64,000 nt of DNA from Spirochaetia bacterium (lineage in GTDB: Bacteria > Spirochaetota > Spirochaetia > UBA9216), in the NCBI GenBank assembly GCA_963675665.1, contig OY776510.1:672001-736000 (forward strand), in the 5' to 3' direction. Numbering within the stretch: the stretch's first letter is position 1; each line of letters opens with the position of its first letter. The notes under the pieces were generated by a model that worked only from the letters and a program-made list of their open reading frames with translations, had not been told where the DNA came from and did no database searches. The position numbers were made by a program, and so were the translations under genes. Below are positions 26,305-36,668 of the stretch, piece by piece.

Positions 26305-28344
26305 GTGAAGAAATTGAACGATTTGAAAATAGGCTTGCGGATGATACTTGTACTGTCAATCGTGACCATTGTCTCGCTCGGAGGGGTAATATTATTCGTT
26401 CAGAACAGGATAAGCAGGCTTGCCGAATCGGAAGCGGCAAGCATAGCCAATTCCGTTGCCGGTGAGTTCGGTGAAAATGCCGTTAACGAACTTAACACGG
26501 CAATGATAATCGCAACGACTATGGCGGAAAGCGCTGAAGGAATGCTTTCCGCCGGAAACGGACAGTTTACCAGAGAACAGGGAAACAACCTTCTGACAAA
26601 GGTCCTTGAAAACCACCCGGAGCTTCTTGGAACCTATTTTTGTTTTGAACCCGACAAGTTCGACGCAAAAGACTCTGAATATATAAATTCGGACGGACAT
26701 GATTCAACCGGCCGCTATATTCCGTATTACAGCCGCGGAGCAAACGATGAAATCACGCTGTCCGCGCTTGCCGGCTATGAAGATCCTGTTGCGGGAGCAT
26801 ACTATCAGGACCCGAAGCGTACGAACAGCCTGCATATTTTCGAGCCTTATACATATGAAATTGACGGAGTTGACGTACTGCTTACTTCAACTGTTGCGCC
26901 GATCCGCGACGGCAGCGGTAAATTCATCGGTATTGCCGGCTGCGATATTGCAATAAATGAACTCGACAACAAGATAAGGACTTATAAACCCTACAAGAAT
27001 TCCGGTTACCTGACGGTATTCTTTGATACAGGCATGGTAATTGCAGGCGGCAGCAAAGACATGAAGCCGGGAACCAATATGAAAGATCCGGACAATGCAA
27101 ATCAAAGGATTATTGATGGGATAACCGGCGATAATGATTTCATTGCGGAAATGTACGATCAGGGTTCCGGTGAAACCTATCTGAGTTCTGGGCGGCATTT
27201 CCCTGTTCCAGGAACCGGCCGGTCAATATGCCTTACCGTCAGCATTCCGGCTTCGGTAATCTATGAAGAATCGCGACTGGCTATTTTTATCATCACCCTG
27301 ATCAGTATAGCCGCGCTGATAGCCATTATCCTTTCAGTGGTAATTATTTCACACGGTATCAGCAAACAGCTGAACAAGGGAATTACCTTCGCCAAGGAGC
27401 TTTCCGCCGGAAATCTGACCATTTCAATTGATATCGAGCAAAAAGACGAAGTAGGAATTCTGGCGGGGGCATTGAACAACATGAGAGACGTTCTCAGCCG
27501 GGTTGTCGGAGAAGTAAGATCCTCGGCTGAAACGGTTTCAAACGGAAGCCGGGAAATGTCTTCTACTGCAGAACAGATTTCACAGGGCGCAACCGAGCAG
27601 GCGGCAACCGCAGAAGAAGTATCTTCTTCGATGGAACAGATTGGGGCCTCGATAAGGCAGAACACCGACAATTCATCACAGACGGAAAAGATTGCTTCAA
27701 AAGCGGCAGAAGACGTACAAAACGGCGGAGAGGCGGTCCTTGAGACTGTTACCGCGATGAAAGAAATCGCGGAAAAGATTAAGGTCATTGAGGAAATTGC
27801 CAGAAACACCAATATGCTTTCATTAAACGCGGCAATAGAAGCAGCCAGGGCCGGAGAACACGGCAAGGGCTTTGCAGTTGTAGCAGCAGAGGTCGGAAAA
27901 CTGGCGGCAAACAGTCAGGCTGCCGCCAATGAAATCCTCAACCTTGCCACAACCAGCGTAGATACAGCCAATAAAGCGGGAGAAATGATACAGGCCGTTA
28001 TCCCGGACATCAGGCGAACGGCTGATCTGGTACAGGAAATCAACGCCACAAGCCAGGAGCAGAATGCCGGGACCGAACAGGTCAACCAGGTAATGATCGA
28101 ACTTGACAAGGTAATCCAGATGAATGCCGCTTCAGCGGAGGAATCAACTTCGATGTCGGAAGAATTGTCAAGTCAGGCCCAAAACCTTCTTGAAATGATA
28201 GAATTCTTCAGGATTGATCAATCTGATACCGGATACAGAACAGGGGTCAAACTGAAATTAGATAAACCCGGGCTTCCTTCCCCTTCCGGAAATAAACCAG
28301 CACGTACCGGAGGCAGGTCTGAAGTCAAGTTTGAAGAATTCTGA
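26305..28344 (+). CDS. Methyl-accepting chemotaxis protein (TM-Cache-TM-HAMP-MCP signal)
   Basis: TNMLSLNAAIEAARAGEHGKGFAVVA; HAMP KDEVGIL; C-terminal KFEEF pentapeptide; upstream TTGCAT-17-TATAAT (26222-26250). Confidence 0.96.
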   Translation: MKKLNDLKIGLRMILVLSIVTIVSLGGVILFVQNRISRLAESEAASIANSVAGEFGENAVNELNTAMIIATTMAESAEGMLSAGNGQFTREQGNNLLTKVLENHPELLGTYFCFEPDKFDAKDSEYINSDGHDSTGRYIPYYSRGANDEITLSALAGYEDPVAGAYYQDPKRTNSLHIFEPYTYEIDGVDVLLTSTVAPIRDGSGKFIGIAGCDIAINELDNKIRTYKPYKNSGYLTVFFDTGMVIAGGSKDMKPGTNMKDPDNANQRIIDGITGDNDFIAEMYDQGSGETYLSSGRHFPVPGTGRSICLTVSIPASVIYEESRLAIFIITLISIAALIAIILSVVIISHGISKQLNKGITFAKELSAGNLTISIDIEQKDEVGILAGALNNMRDVLSRVVGEVRSSAETVSNGSREMSSTAEQISQGATEQAATAEEVSSSMEQIGASIRQNTDNSSQTEKIASKAAEDVQNGGEAVLETVTAMKEIAEKIKVIEEIARNTNMLSLNAAIEAARAGEHGKGFAVVAAEVGKLAANSQAAANEILNLATTSVDTANKAGEMIQAVIPDIRRTADLVQEINATSQEQNAGTEQVNQVMIELDKVIQMNAASAEESTSMSEELSSQAQNLLEMIEFFRIDQSDTGYRTGVKLKLDKPGLPSPSGNKPARTGGRSEVKFEEF

Positions 28345-28365
28345 ATTTATAACAGGAGCGTAAAA

Positions 28366-28863
28366 ATGCAGAGTATTAGCCTTAGTAACCAGTTTGTAAC
28401 ATTTAAAATTGAAAACGAAGTATATGCCATAGACGTATTCAAAATCCGGGAAATTCTCGAGGTTCCGGATATAACAAAGGTTCCCGGTATGCCGCCCATG
28501 ATCAGAGGAGTAATAAATATCCGGGGCTCAGTTGTTCCGGTGCTCGATTTGAAAATGCAGTTCGGTCAGGAACGAACTGAACAAACCCAGGATACAGCTG
28601 TAATAGTCACTGAAATAGTCAATGACGAGGATGTTATCCAGATTGGAATAATGGTGGATGCGGCCAATGAAGTGATAACTCTTGAGCCGGATGAAATAGA
28701 GGAACCGCCCAGGCTGGGCATTTTTATCGACAATAAATATCTGAGCGGTATGGGAAAGATCAATGACGATTTTGTAATCATTCTTAATATTGACAAAATT
28801 CTGTCCGAGGAAGAAATAACACAGGTTGCCGCGACAAACCCGCAGGCGAAAACAACAGAATAA
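28366..28863 (+). CDS. cheW: Chemotaxis coupling protein CheW
   Basis: FVTF, IREI, TKVPG, GVINIRGSVVPVLDL, GIMVD. Confidence 0.95.
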   Translation: MQSISLSNQFVTFKIENEVYAIDVFKIREILEVPDITKVPGMPPMIRGVINIRGSVVPVLDLKMQFGQERTEQTQDTAVIVTEIVNDEDVIQIGIMVDAANEVITLEPDEIEEPPRLGIFIDNKYLSGMGKINDDFVIILNIDKILSEEEITQVAATNPQAKTTE

Positions 28864-28913
28864 GTATTCCCGGAACAAACAGAAAGATCCGGCTGATTTT
28901 CCTTAAAGAATAA

Positions 28914-29441
28914 TTGCAAACAGTCGAAAAAAAAGTTATGACCTATCAAAAAGAAAGCAGAATAGCTGAAGCCTGCAGTCTTCTCTTCGGAGAAGATTTC
29001 AGTGTGGAATCAACAACTATAGACTATCTTCAACTTTCCGGGATCAAGCATGCATTCCGGGAAAAGGTTAAAGAATGCCATCCGGACATTTCCGGTTCGG
29101 CATCCGGTTCAGCTGAAAACTTCATCAAGGTTAAAGATGCCTATGACTTTCTGATTTCTGTTAAATCTTCGGGAATGAAACCGTCAGAGGCAGCCGGCAA
29201 AGCCGGTAAACCAAGGACATATGCTGTTCCCCTCAGAAAACTCAGACTGGGCGAATACCTTTATTATACCGGAAAAATCAGCTGGAAAGAACTGATATCG
29301 GCAATCACATGGCAGAAACAGAATTCGAACAGGAACAGATCATTTTTATTCGGACTATATTTTATTAAATTCGGGATTCTTTCATCGGCAGAGATAGGGT
29401 TCTCCATTTTTAAACTGAACATTCACAACTCCAATTATTAG
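28914..29441 (+). CDS. J-domain protein with C-terminal MshEN-like motif
   Basis: IKHAFREKVKECHPD..FIKVKDAYDFL; RLGEYLYYTGKISWKELISAITWQ; start uncertain. Confidence 0.78.
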   Translation: MQTVEKKVMTYQKESRIAEACSLLFGEDFSVESTTIDYLQLSGIKHAFREKVKECHPDISGSASGSAENFIKVKDAYDFLISVKSSGMKPSEAAGKAGKPRTYAVPLRKLRLGEYLYYTGKISWKELISAITWQKQNSNRNRSFLFGLYFIKFGILSSAEIGFSIFKLNIHNSNY

Positions 29442-30028
29442 GAATCCTCACCGAATATAACTGTTTTGCTGCCGCTGCCTGCATCATGTTCAAGTTTTTT
29501 CGTATAATCCTGCATCTGTCTCGTCAACTCCCTGGTAGGTATAATTCTTCTGAGCAGAACCTTGAAGGTCTGAGGAAATAAATAAATTCGTCTGGCCTGT
29601 TCCCCGCCGGTATCGCTGCTGATTACGGGAATTTTTTCTGTTTTTAAATATAATTTTGCAAATTCAATATTTGCAGGACCGATATTGCTTTTGGTTCTTG
29701 TTTCAAATACGCTGCTTCCGCCGAAAATTTTTGCCTGCAAGCGTCCTTTCCGGCATCCACGTTTAATCATATCATTAAGAACAGCCTCCATTGCATATAG
29801 CCCGTACCGTTCAATATTGAAAAAACTTTCGTTTTGATGCTGAAAATTTGATTCCGCCAGCATGAAATGGTTTAAACCGCTTATTCTGAGTTCAGGATCG
29901 TATAAAGCTACTGCAACACATGAGCCCAGAACGGTGTTAATGATAATATCATCCCCGGAAACATGGAACTCTCCGGGAGCAAGGTTTGTCGAAGATTTTT
30001 TAAACTTGGTGTCAAAATAGCTATACAT
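29438..30028 (-). CDS. cheD: Chemoreceptor glutamine deamidase CheD
   Basis: PGEF, TVLGSCVAVALYD, GLNHFML, RYG, AKIFGG, DTGG..ARRI. Confidence 0.95.
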   Translation of the reverse strand: MYSYFDTKFKKSSTNLAPGEFHVSGDDIIINTVLGSCVAVALYDPELRISGLNHFMLAESNFQHQNESFFNIERYGLYAMEAVLNDMIKRGCRKGRLQAKIFGGSSVFETRTKSNIGPANIEFAKLYLKTEKIPVISSDTGGEQARRIYLFPQTFKVLLRRIIPTRELTRQMQDYTKKLEHDAGSGSKTVIFGEDS

Positions 30029-30042
30029 TATTGATCATCGGA

Positions 30043-30408
30043 TCAGCCAAGAACCTTTTTTATTGTTGCTATCAGCTTATCATTGGAAAAAGGTTTTACT
30101 ATCCAGCCGGTTGCCCCCGCACCTTTTCCTTCCTGCATAATTGAGGCCTGTGATTCCGTAGTTAGAACCAGTATCGGTGTAAATTTATGGGTATCGGTTC
30201 CCCGAAGTTCTTTAACCATAGAAATACCGTCCATATTCGGCATATTAACATCTGTAATTATCAAATCAACCTTCTGATCCTTCAGTTTTTCAAAGCCGTC
30301 ACGGCCGTCTACAGCTTCCAAGGTTTCATAACCGTTCTCTTTCAGAATGAAGCTGACGCTTTGTCTTATTGCGTTTGAATCATCTACTATCATTATTGTC
30401 TGGCCCAT
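30043..30408 (-). CDS. cheY: Chemotaxis response regulator CheY
   Basis: Single receiver: IVDDS, ITDVNMPNMDG, LTTES, GATGWIVKPF; start at ATG 30408 after GGAGG. Confidence 0.93.
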   Translation of the reverse strand: MGQTIMIVDDSNAIRQSVSFILKENGYETLEAVDGRDGFEKLKDQKVDLIITDVNMPNMDGISMVKELRGTDTHKFTPILVLTTESQASIMQEGKGAGATGWIVKPFSNDKLIATIKKVLG

Positions 30409-30424
30409 CTTTTTCCTCCTGTAA

Positions 30425-32152
30425 TCAAAACAAAGTAACCTCTCCCGCCTCAAGGACAGATGCTTCAACATCAAGTCCGCTCACTTCTCCGGCGGTTTTT
30501 TTATGGCTGTAAATTGTAAATTTTTCAATCATGGTATTCATATTATCGTCAGAAAGCTCCCAGTCATTGATATTACGGCCCTGCAACCGCTGTTCAACAA
30601 AAGGTTGTATTCTGTTTCTCGTTTCATTAAGCTCATTTCTGACTTTCACGAGATCTTCCGATATTTCCTTTAACAGATCAAGTTCTTTTTCTGATTGATC
30701 AAACTGCCTATGAAAAGTATCGCTGAAAAAGTCAAATCTCTTGAGTTCTTCAGTAAAAGACTGGTTTGACGAACTGATTTTTTCAATATTCTGAAGAAAA
30801 ATATTATTAAAATCCGTTAGAAAATTAATCTCTTCTCCTGCGAATTTTCTGTATTCTTCGGAAAGGTCTGCCGTTTTACCTATAAAATTCCCTGTTTCTT
30901 TCTCACCCAGCACTATTTGCTGCTGAATACGTTCCACCAGTTTAGACATATCATCCACAGACTCGCGCATCCCACCCAGACTTTTACTTCTGGATAATTC
31001 AATCCTTGAAAGCACGGCTACGTTTTGAAGCCACCCGGAGATCTTGTTAAAGGATTCAAATTCTTCAGCAATACCTTCAACGTGATTGATAATTTTAAAA
31101 ATCAGTTTAATCAGCTCCTGTCTCATCATCGAAAACTCGCCGGTTTCAATTCTGATGCCCTTTCCGGCAGTTGCAAGATCTTCAAACGATTCGGAATTCT
31201 GTATAAACCCGGCTACAGCCTTGTTTTTCTCATTCTGAATAAATTCCAGTTTTTTTCGGGCCGTATTAAAGTTTTCATTAAACAGTCTGATTGTTTTTTC
31301 AAGAATATTTATAACTTCTTCAATCATGGAAACGGACAGTTCAATAATTCTGATACAGAATACTGCGGAATCAATATTCTCATCCGTTACCTCTGATATT
31401 TGCGGCTGTTCGCTTATGGAGAGAATTATCTGATCAATAGTCTGACGGATAAGATCCTGCTGCTGCAGCTCTTCCATTATATTAAGAATACAGCTCCTCA
31501 CTTCCTCCGATTCCGAGTTCAGCCCGCCAAGAAGATTTCCTGTTATATCCGACTGATAACGATAGCTGTTTATTCCCTTAAGAACCTTCTCTTCCAGTAT
31601 CGTCAGGATTTTGCGCCGTTTGGAATCTATCATGCTCTCAGTATCATAGAATTCATCCAGGGCCAATTGTACCGTATTACCCTTCCTTCCGAGCGTACGG
31701 GTTTTCTCAATTGTATCTACAGTTACATCCTTAAGGTTTTCCGTAATTACCGAAAAACCTTCACCTCCCTTACCGGCTTTTACAGCATTGCACAATGCAT
31801 TCAGTGAGACTATCTGCAGAGATTCCGAAATGTCCCTTATTTCCTCAATATACTGCTGTGAATTGCTGTATTCATCGATAGCGTCCGACAGTCTTTTTAT
31901 TATTTCGCTGTTCTTTTCCTTGAATTCTTTCAATTCGCTTAATTTCTGCCTGGATTCAGATTCGCTTCTTTGCAGATATTCGTTCAAATTTACAAAACCC
32001 TCTTGCGCTCCAAGATTATTAATTGAGGAAGAAGCCGCTTTGATGCCTCTTTCCAGCTCCTTCAGCATCACAGGATAGTTTTCAGCTATACTTTGAAAAA
32101 TCTTCTCTGTATCATTAATAACCTTTTGCAGAATGTGGTTGTTCGAATCCAT
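30425..32152 (-). CDS. Soluble coiled-coil protein with degenerate MCP-signalling segments
   Basis: SLNALCNAVKAGKGGEGFSVI resembles the MCP hairpin tip; ELQQQDLIRQTID; C-terminal GEVTLF; no TM segment. Confidence 0.7.
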   Translation of the reverse strand: MDSNNHILQKVINDTEKIFQSIAENYPVMLKELERGIKAASSSINNLGAQEGFVNLNEYLQRSESESRQKLSELKEFKEKNSEIIKRLSDAIDEYSNSQQYIEEIRDISESLQIVSLNALCNAVKAGKGGEGFSVITENLKDVTVDTIEKTRTLGRKGNTVQLALDEFYDTESMIDSKRRKILTILEEKVLKGINSYRYQSDITGNLLGGLNSESEEVRSCILNIMEELQQQDLIRQTIDQIILSISEQPQISEVTDENIDSAVFCIRIIELSVSMIEEVINILEKTIRLFNENFNTARKKLEFIQNEKNKAVAGFIQNSESFEDLATAGKGIRIETGEFSMMRQELIKLIFKIINHVEGIAEEFESFNKISGWLQNVAVLSRIELSRSKSLGGMRESVDDMSKLVERIQQQIVLGEKETGNFIGKTADLSEEYRKFAGEEINFLTDFNNIFLQNIEKISSSNQSFTEELKRFDFFSDTFHRQFDQSEKELDLLKEISEDLVKVRNELNETRNRIQPFVEQRLQGRNINDWELSDDNMNTMIEKFTIYSHKKTAGEVSGLDVEASVLEAGEVTLF

Positions 32153-32153
32153 G

Positions 32154-33239
32154 CTAATAACTTACCGACTCCTTCAGCATTGCGGCCGGTATTTCATTCA
32201 GCGGCAACACCTTATCTACCCCGCCTTTTTTTATGGCCTCGTTAGGCATTCCGAAAACGACACAGGAGGCTTCATCCTGCGCAATATTAAAGGCTCCGGC
32301 CTGCTTCATTTCAAGCATGCCTACCGCGCCGTCGTCGCCCATTCCGGTCATGATAATACCTATGGCATTTTTTCCGGCATAACGGGCTGTTGATCTGAAC
32401 AGCACATCTACCGACGGCCTGTGACGGCTTACAAGCGGGCCGTCTTTCACTTCAACATAATATCTTGCACCGCTTCGCTTGAGAAGCATGTGCTTGTTAC
32501 CCGGTGCTATCAATACATGCCCGCGTAATACCGTATCGTTATTTGACGCTTCCTTGACAGTTACCTCGCAGAGCGTATTAAGCCGTTCGGCAAAACTGGC
32601 GGTGAACTTTTCGGGCATATGCTGTACAATTACAATACCGGGGCTGTTTGCCGGCAGGGCTTCAAGAAAAGCCCTGATTGCTTCAGTTCCCCCTGTAGAC
32701 GCGCCTAATGCTACTACGCGCTCGGTTGTCTCAATTATGCCGTGTCCGCCGCCGCCCGACAGGATTACATCTGCCGTAAGCTTCGGGGGCACTTTCATGT
32801 TCAAGGGCCTCTGTCTTATATTTGCTCTTCTCGGCCCGGTCGCAGCAGCACTGCGGACCGCATCAGTTATGATTATTTTGGATTCTTCTATAAACTGTTT
32901 TGTTCCAAGTTTGGGTTTTCTTATTATCTCTACCGCACCGCTTTCAAGCGCCGTTAATGCGTTCTGCGACTGATCTTCGGCCTGGCTTGAACAGATTATA
33001 ACCGGAATCGGATTGGTGCTCATTATTTTTCGAAGAAATGTCAGCCCGTCCATACGCGGCATTTCAATATCAAGAGTAATTACATCAGGCTTAATACTTT
33101 TCAGCTTGTCCTGGGCAATAAGCGGGTCTCTTGCAACCGCTATAACCTCTATATCCGGAGACGAGTTCAGAATTTCCGACATAGTCTGTCTTACAACAGC
33201 AGAATCATCTACCACCATAACTTTTATCTTTTCTTTCAA
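32154..33239 (-). CDS. cheB: Chemotaxis methylesterase CheB
   Basis: Receiver domain plus [28 protein letters not shown]. Confidence 0.97.
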   Translation of the reverse strand: MKEKIKVMVVDDSAVVRQTMSEILNSSPDIEVIAVARDPLIAQDKLKSIKPDVITLDIEMPRMDGLTFLRKIMSTNPIPVIICSSQAEDQSQNALTALESGAVEIIRKPKLGTKQFIEESKIIITDAVRSAAATGPRRANIRQRPLNMKVPPKLTADVILSGGGGHGIIETTERVVALGASTGGTEAIRAFLEALPANSPGIVIVQHMPEKFTASFAERLNTLCEVTVKEASNNDTVLRGHVLIAPGNKHMLLKRSGARYYVEVKDGPLVSRHRPSVDVLFRSTARYAGKNAIGIIMTGMGDDGAVGMLEMKQAGAFNIAQDEASCVVFGMPNEAIKKGGVDKVLPLNEIPAAMLKESVSY

Positions 33240-33245
33240 GGCAGG

Positions 33246-34088
33246 TTACTCCTTTCGATATACCGATGCGCCGACATTTACAAGACGGTCCCGCATTCCG
33301 GCAAGACTCTCGGAATGCCCCAGAAACAGATAAGCACCAGGCGTCATATGGTTAATAATGCGCCTTATTACCGCTTCCTGGTTCTCTTTATTAAAATAAA
33401 TCAAAACATTCCGACAAAAAACAATATCAAATTTTCTTTTTAACCCGTAATCATCTTTCATAAGATTAATCGGTTGAAAACTTACCTTATTTCTGATTTC
33501 GGATTTAATTCTAACTTCCTCGCTTTGAGGATCACGACTTCTCAGAAAATATTTCTTTTTAAAACTTTCGGAAACAATTTCAATGTCCCGTTTATGATAG
33601 ATGGCCCTGCGTGCTTTTTCAAGCGAACTTTTACTGATATCCGTGGCAATTACGCTGTACCGGACAGGTTTTGCCCGCAGGATAAATTCTTCCATAAACA
33701 TTGCCATATTATAAGGTTCCTGCCCGGTTGAAGAAGCGGCCGACCAGAGGTTAATCTCGCTTCGGGTTCGGGTCAGTTCAGGAAGTGCCGTGTGAACCAT
33801 ATATTCAAAGTGGGCCGACTCGCGCATGAAATCGGTCTTGTTCGTTGTAATGGCATCAATCATTTCTATAATTTCTACAGCGCCGGCTTCCGTGTTGAAA
33901 ACAAAATCACAGTAACTCTTAAAATCTGAAATTTGATGAAATTTCAACCTTTTCTGCAGTCTCGATTCAAGAAGAGATCGTTTTACCGGCGGCAACTTGA
34001 TACCGACCTCTTTTTCAATAAACAGGCTGAGTCGGTGAAATTCATTATCACCCATTCTCTTTACTGTTGTGTTAATTGTTTCGTTCAT
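33246..34088 (-). CDS. cheR: Chemotaxis methyltransferase CheR
   Basis: TTNKTDFMRE, WSAASSTGQEPY, ATDIS, FCRNVLIYF, LGHSE. Confidence 0.96.
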   Translation of the reverse strand: MNETINTTVKRMGDNEFHRLSLFIEKEVGIKLPPVKRSLLESRLQKRLKFHQISDFKSYCDFVFNTEAGAVEIIEMIDAITTNKTDFMRESAHFEYMVHTALPELTRTRSEINLWSAASSTGQEPYNMAMFMEEFILRAKPVRYSVIATDISKSSLEKARRAIYHKRDIEIVSESFKKKYFLRSRDPQSEEVRIKSEIRNKVSFQPINLMKDDYGLKRKFDIVFCRNVLIYFNKENQEAVIRRIINHMTPGAYLFLGHSESLAGMRDRLVNVGASVYRKE

Positions 34089-36195
34089 TTAAATACGTCT
34101 CATTATTCAGAACTGATTTCTTAATCAGCCCTTCAGTATCCAAAATCAGTGCCACATGCCCGTCCCCGAGTATTGTCGCACCGGAAAACCCCTCTGCTCC
34201 CTTGAAAACCGACGACAGAGATTTAATTACCGTCTGATGTTCACCGACTACCTTATCTACACAAAACCCTATCTGCTTTTCCCCGGATCGAACAACCACT
34301 ATCTGATCAATATCAGGACGATCCGATTCAAGAGAAAATTCTTCCCTGAGATCAACATAAGGAAGAAGACTGTTCCGGTATGGAACCATCTTTTTTCCGG
34401 TCCTGGATCTTTCTTCACGGCGGCTCTCTACACATGCTTCCACTATAGCCAGGGGAAATATGAAACTGGCGCTACCGACATTTACAAGAAAACCGTCGAT
34501 TATCGCAAGCGTCAGCGGAAGTGAAAGAATAATTCTGGTATATTTGTTTTCCTCGCTCTCAATTTTAATATTTCCGTTAAGGCTTTCAATCTGCCTTCTG
34601 ACAACATCCATTCCCACACCGCGGCCGGAAACGCTGGTAACCTTTGCCGCAGTTGAAAAACCGGCGTTAAAAATAAGCAGAAAAAGCTCTTCATCCGATA
34701 AAACCGCATCGGATTCAATTAAATGATTTTTCACTGCCTTATCAAATATCTTTTCCCGGTTCAAGCCGGCACCGTCATCTTCTATTGTTATTCTGACCGA
34801 AGCTCCGGCGTGTTCCGCTGTAAGTTTGACATTTCCGGTTTCGGATTTCCCTTTTGCTTTTCGTTCTTCCGGAGTTTCAATACCGTGGTCGATGGAATTT
34901 CTGATTAAATGTACCAGAGGATCATTCAGTTTCTCTATAACTGTTTTATCCAGCTCTGTTTCTTCTCCGGACATTGACAGCTCTATATTTTTTCCCATCT
35001 CGTTAGACAAATCTCTTACAAGCCTTTTAAACCGGCTGAAAGTTGTTCCAATCGGTAAAAGCCTCATACTCATCGTGTTTTCGCGCAGGCTTTCTGTAAT
35101 TCTTCCCAGCTGCTCAACCATCGAGCGAAGTTCCGAATCAGCCATACCGCTTTCACGTTCAATCTGCGCGTGTACGGTTACAAGTTCGCCGACCAGATTT
35201 ACAAGTTCATCCAGCTTCTCGGAACTGACACGCAAAGATGCCGTACTCGATTTCTCCGTTCGTTTTTCATTTACAGTTTTGATAAAATTCTGTTCATTCA
35301 GCGCATTGTCGACAGCTTCTTCAGTTGCAACATTATTTTCCAGAATCATTTCACCAAGCCGCTTCTGTTTTTCAAGCAGGCCTTTCAGCGCAGTTTCGCT
35401 TATATCGCCCCGGTTCAGCAGTATGGTCCCCAGTTTGGGAGGCGCGCCGTCAAAAGTGGTGAATTCTTCCGCCGGAATTTCGGTAACATTCAATTCCGCT
35501 TCGCTTTCTACAAATATAAAAACGTCCCGAATGTCATTCTCTGTTTTATCGGTAAGCAAAAGCATATCCCAGCTTGTGTAACATGCTTCAGGGTCTATTT
35601 TATCCAGCGGGGGTATATTTTCAACATGGGGAAGCACCAGGTGTTCTCCGAACTCAGCCAGCTCTTCCAATAAAAGAAGCGGATTTGTGCCTGTTCTGAA
35701 AATCTCGGCCGAGGGTTTAAACCGTATCCTCCACAGGTTCTCCGCCTGTTTTTTTTCTTTAACGCTTTTATTTTCCGCAGAAGTTTCTGCCTGCTCTTTG
35801 CCGCTTTCCATCCCGACGGCTTTCTGAAATGCAGAAACAATTTCACCTGACTTTTTCACAAGCGCAGACTTGGTTTCGGGTTCTTCATCGGCTTCAATTA
35901 ACGCTGTGATATGGTCCCCCGATTTCAATGTCCAGTCAATCAGTTCGCTGCTGACCTTTATCTTTTTTTCCCTTACGGCATCAAGAATATTTTCGATATA
36001 GTGGGTAAATGAAGAGATTTCTTCAAATCCGAACATGGCTGAAGAACCTTTGATGGTATGAATTATTCTGAATACAGCCGAGATCTTTTCATTGTCTTCA
36101 GGGGCTTCTTCCATTTCAAGAAGTCGCGATTCAAGAGAACTGAGCAGCTCCATCGATTCTTCAATAAAAGCCTGTTTGAATTGATCAGAGTTCAC
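34072..36195 (-). CDS. cheA: Chemotaxis histidine kinase CheA
   Basis: Hpt FRIIHTIKGS, HLIRNSIDHGIE, GFSTA..SGRGVGMDVV, CheW domain; start GTG 36195 after AGGAG. Confidence 0.97.
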   Translation of the reverse strand: MNSDQFKQAFIEESMELLSSLESRLLEMEEAPEDNEKISAVFRIIHTIKGSSAMFGFEEISSFTHYIENILDAVREKKIKVSSELIDWTLKSGDHITALIEADEEPETKSALVKKSGEIVSAFQKAVGMESGKEQAETSAENKSVKEKKQAENLWRIRFKPSAEIFRTGTNPLLLLEELAEFGEHLVLPHVENIPPLDKIDPEACYTSWDMLLLTDKTENDIRDVFIFVESEAELNVTEIPAEEFTTFDGAPPKLGTILLNRGDISETALKGLLEKQKRLGEMILENNVATEEAVDNALNEQNFIKTVNEKRTEKSSTASLRVSSEKLDELVNLVGELVTVHAQIERESGMADSELRSMVEQLGRITESLRENTMSMRLLPIGTTFSRFKRLVRDLSNEMGKNIELSMSGEETELDKTVIEKLNDPLVHLIRNSIDHGIETPEERKAKGKSETGNVKLTAEHAGASVRITIEDDGAGLNREKIFDKAVKNHLIESDAVLSDEELFLLIFNAGFSTAAKVTSVSGRGVGMDVVRRQIESLNGNIKIESEENKYTRIILSLPLTLAIIDGFLVNVGSASFIFPLAIVEACVESRREERSRTGKKMVPYRNSLLPYVDLREEFSLESDRPDIDQIVVVRSGEKQIGFCVDKVVGEHQTVIKSLSSVFKGAEGFSGATILGDGHVALILDTEGLIKKSVLNNETYLNERNN

Positions 36196-36496
36196 TGCTG
36201 TTTCTCCTGATTGAATAAAATCCCTCAGTCTCTTCAGACTGAACAATCTTGAATCCATTGTTAAAAAGCTTGTCATACACATTTTTCTTCATAGTTCCGT
36301 TGTAATACAGCTTCTTACCACACTTGTCCCCGTATTTCTGGGCGGAAAGCAGCAACTGAATACCCGACAGATCGATTTTTGTAATGCCGGAAAGATCCAC
36401 AACCGGGTTATCTGCTTCTTTTATCAAGTTTTTAAGCTGATCCGCCGCAGATTTGGCATTTGCAATTGTAAAATCAGTTTCAAAGTCTTTTTTCAT
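36185..36496 (-). CDS. STAS-domain protein of the chemotaxis operon
   Basis: FTIANA, VDLSGITKIDLSGIQLL; first gene of the operon, overlapping cheA. Confidence 0.85.
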   Translation of the reverse strand: MKKDFETDFTIANAKSAADQLKNLIKEADNPVVDLSGITKIDLSGIQLLLSAQKYGDKCGKKLYYNGTMKKNVYDKLFNNGFKIVQSEETEGFYSIRRNSSEL

Positions 36497-36668
36497 ACGA
36501 TCCTTCTCTATGAGGAAATAAGGAAACTCCAGGGAACCACTGATAAGCCAAATTCAAGGTGATTAGTAGTTCCATGCTTTAATTATTATTAAAAAACTAT
36601 TTAAAGTCAAAAAAGAAAATAAAAAAATGCAGCACAGATACCTCCGTGCTGCAAAAAAACCCTGGTTA

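Noticed and set aside
36500-36580. c-di-GMP riboswitch ahead of the chemotaxis operon
   Set aside because: An imperfect hairpin is present but the GEMM consensus elements are not.
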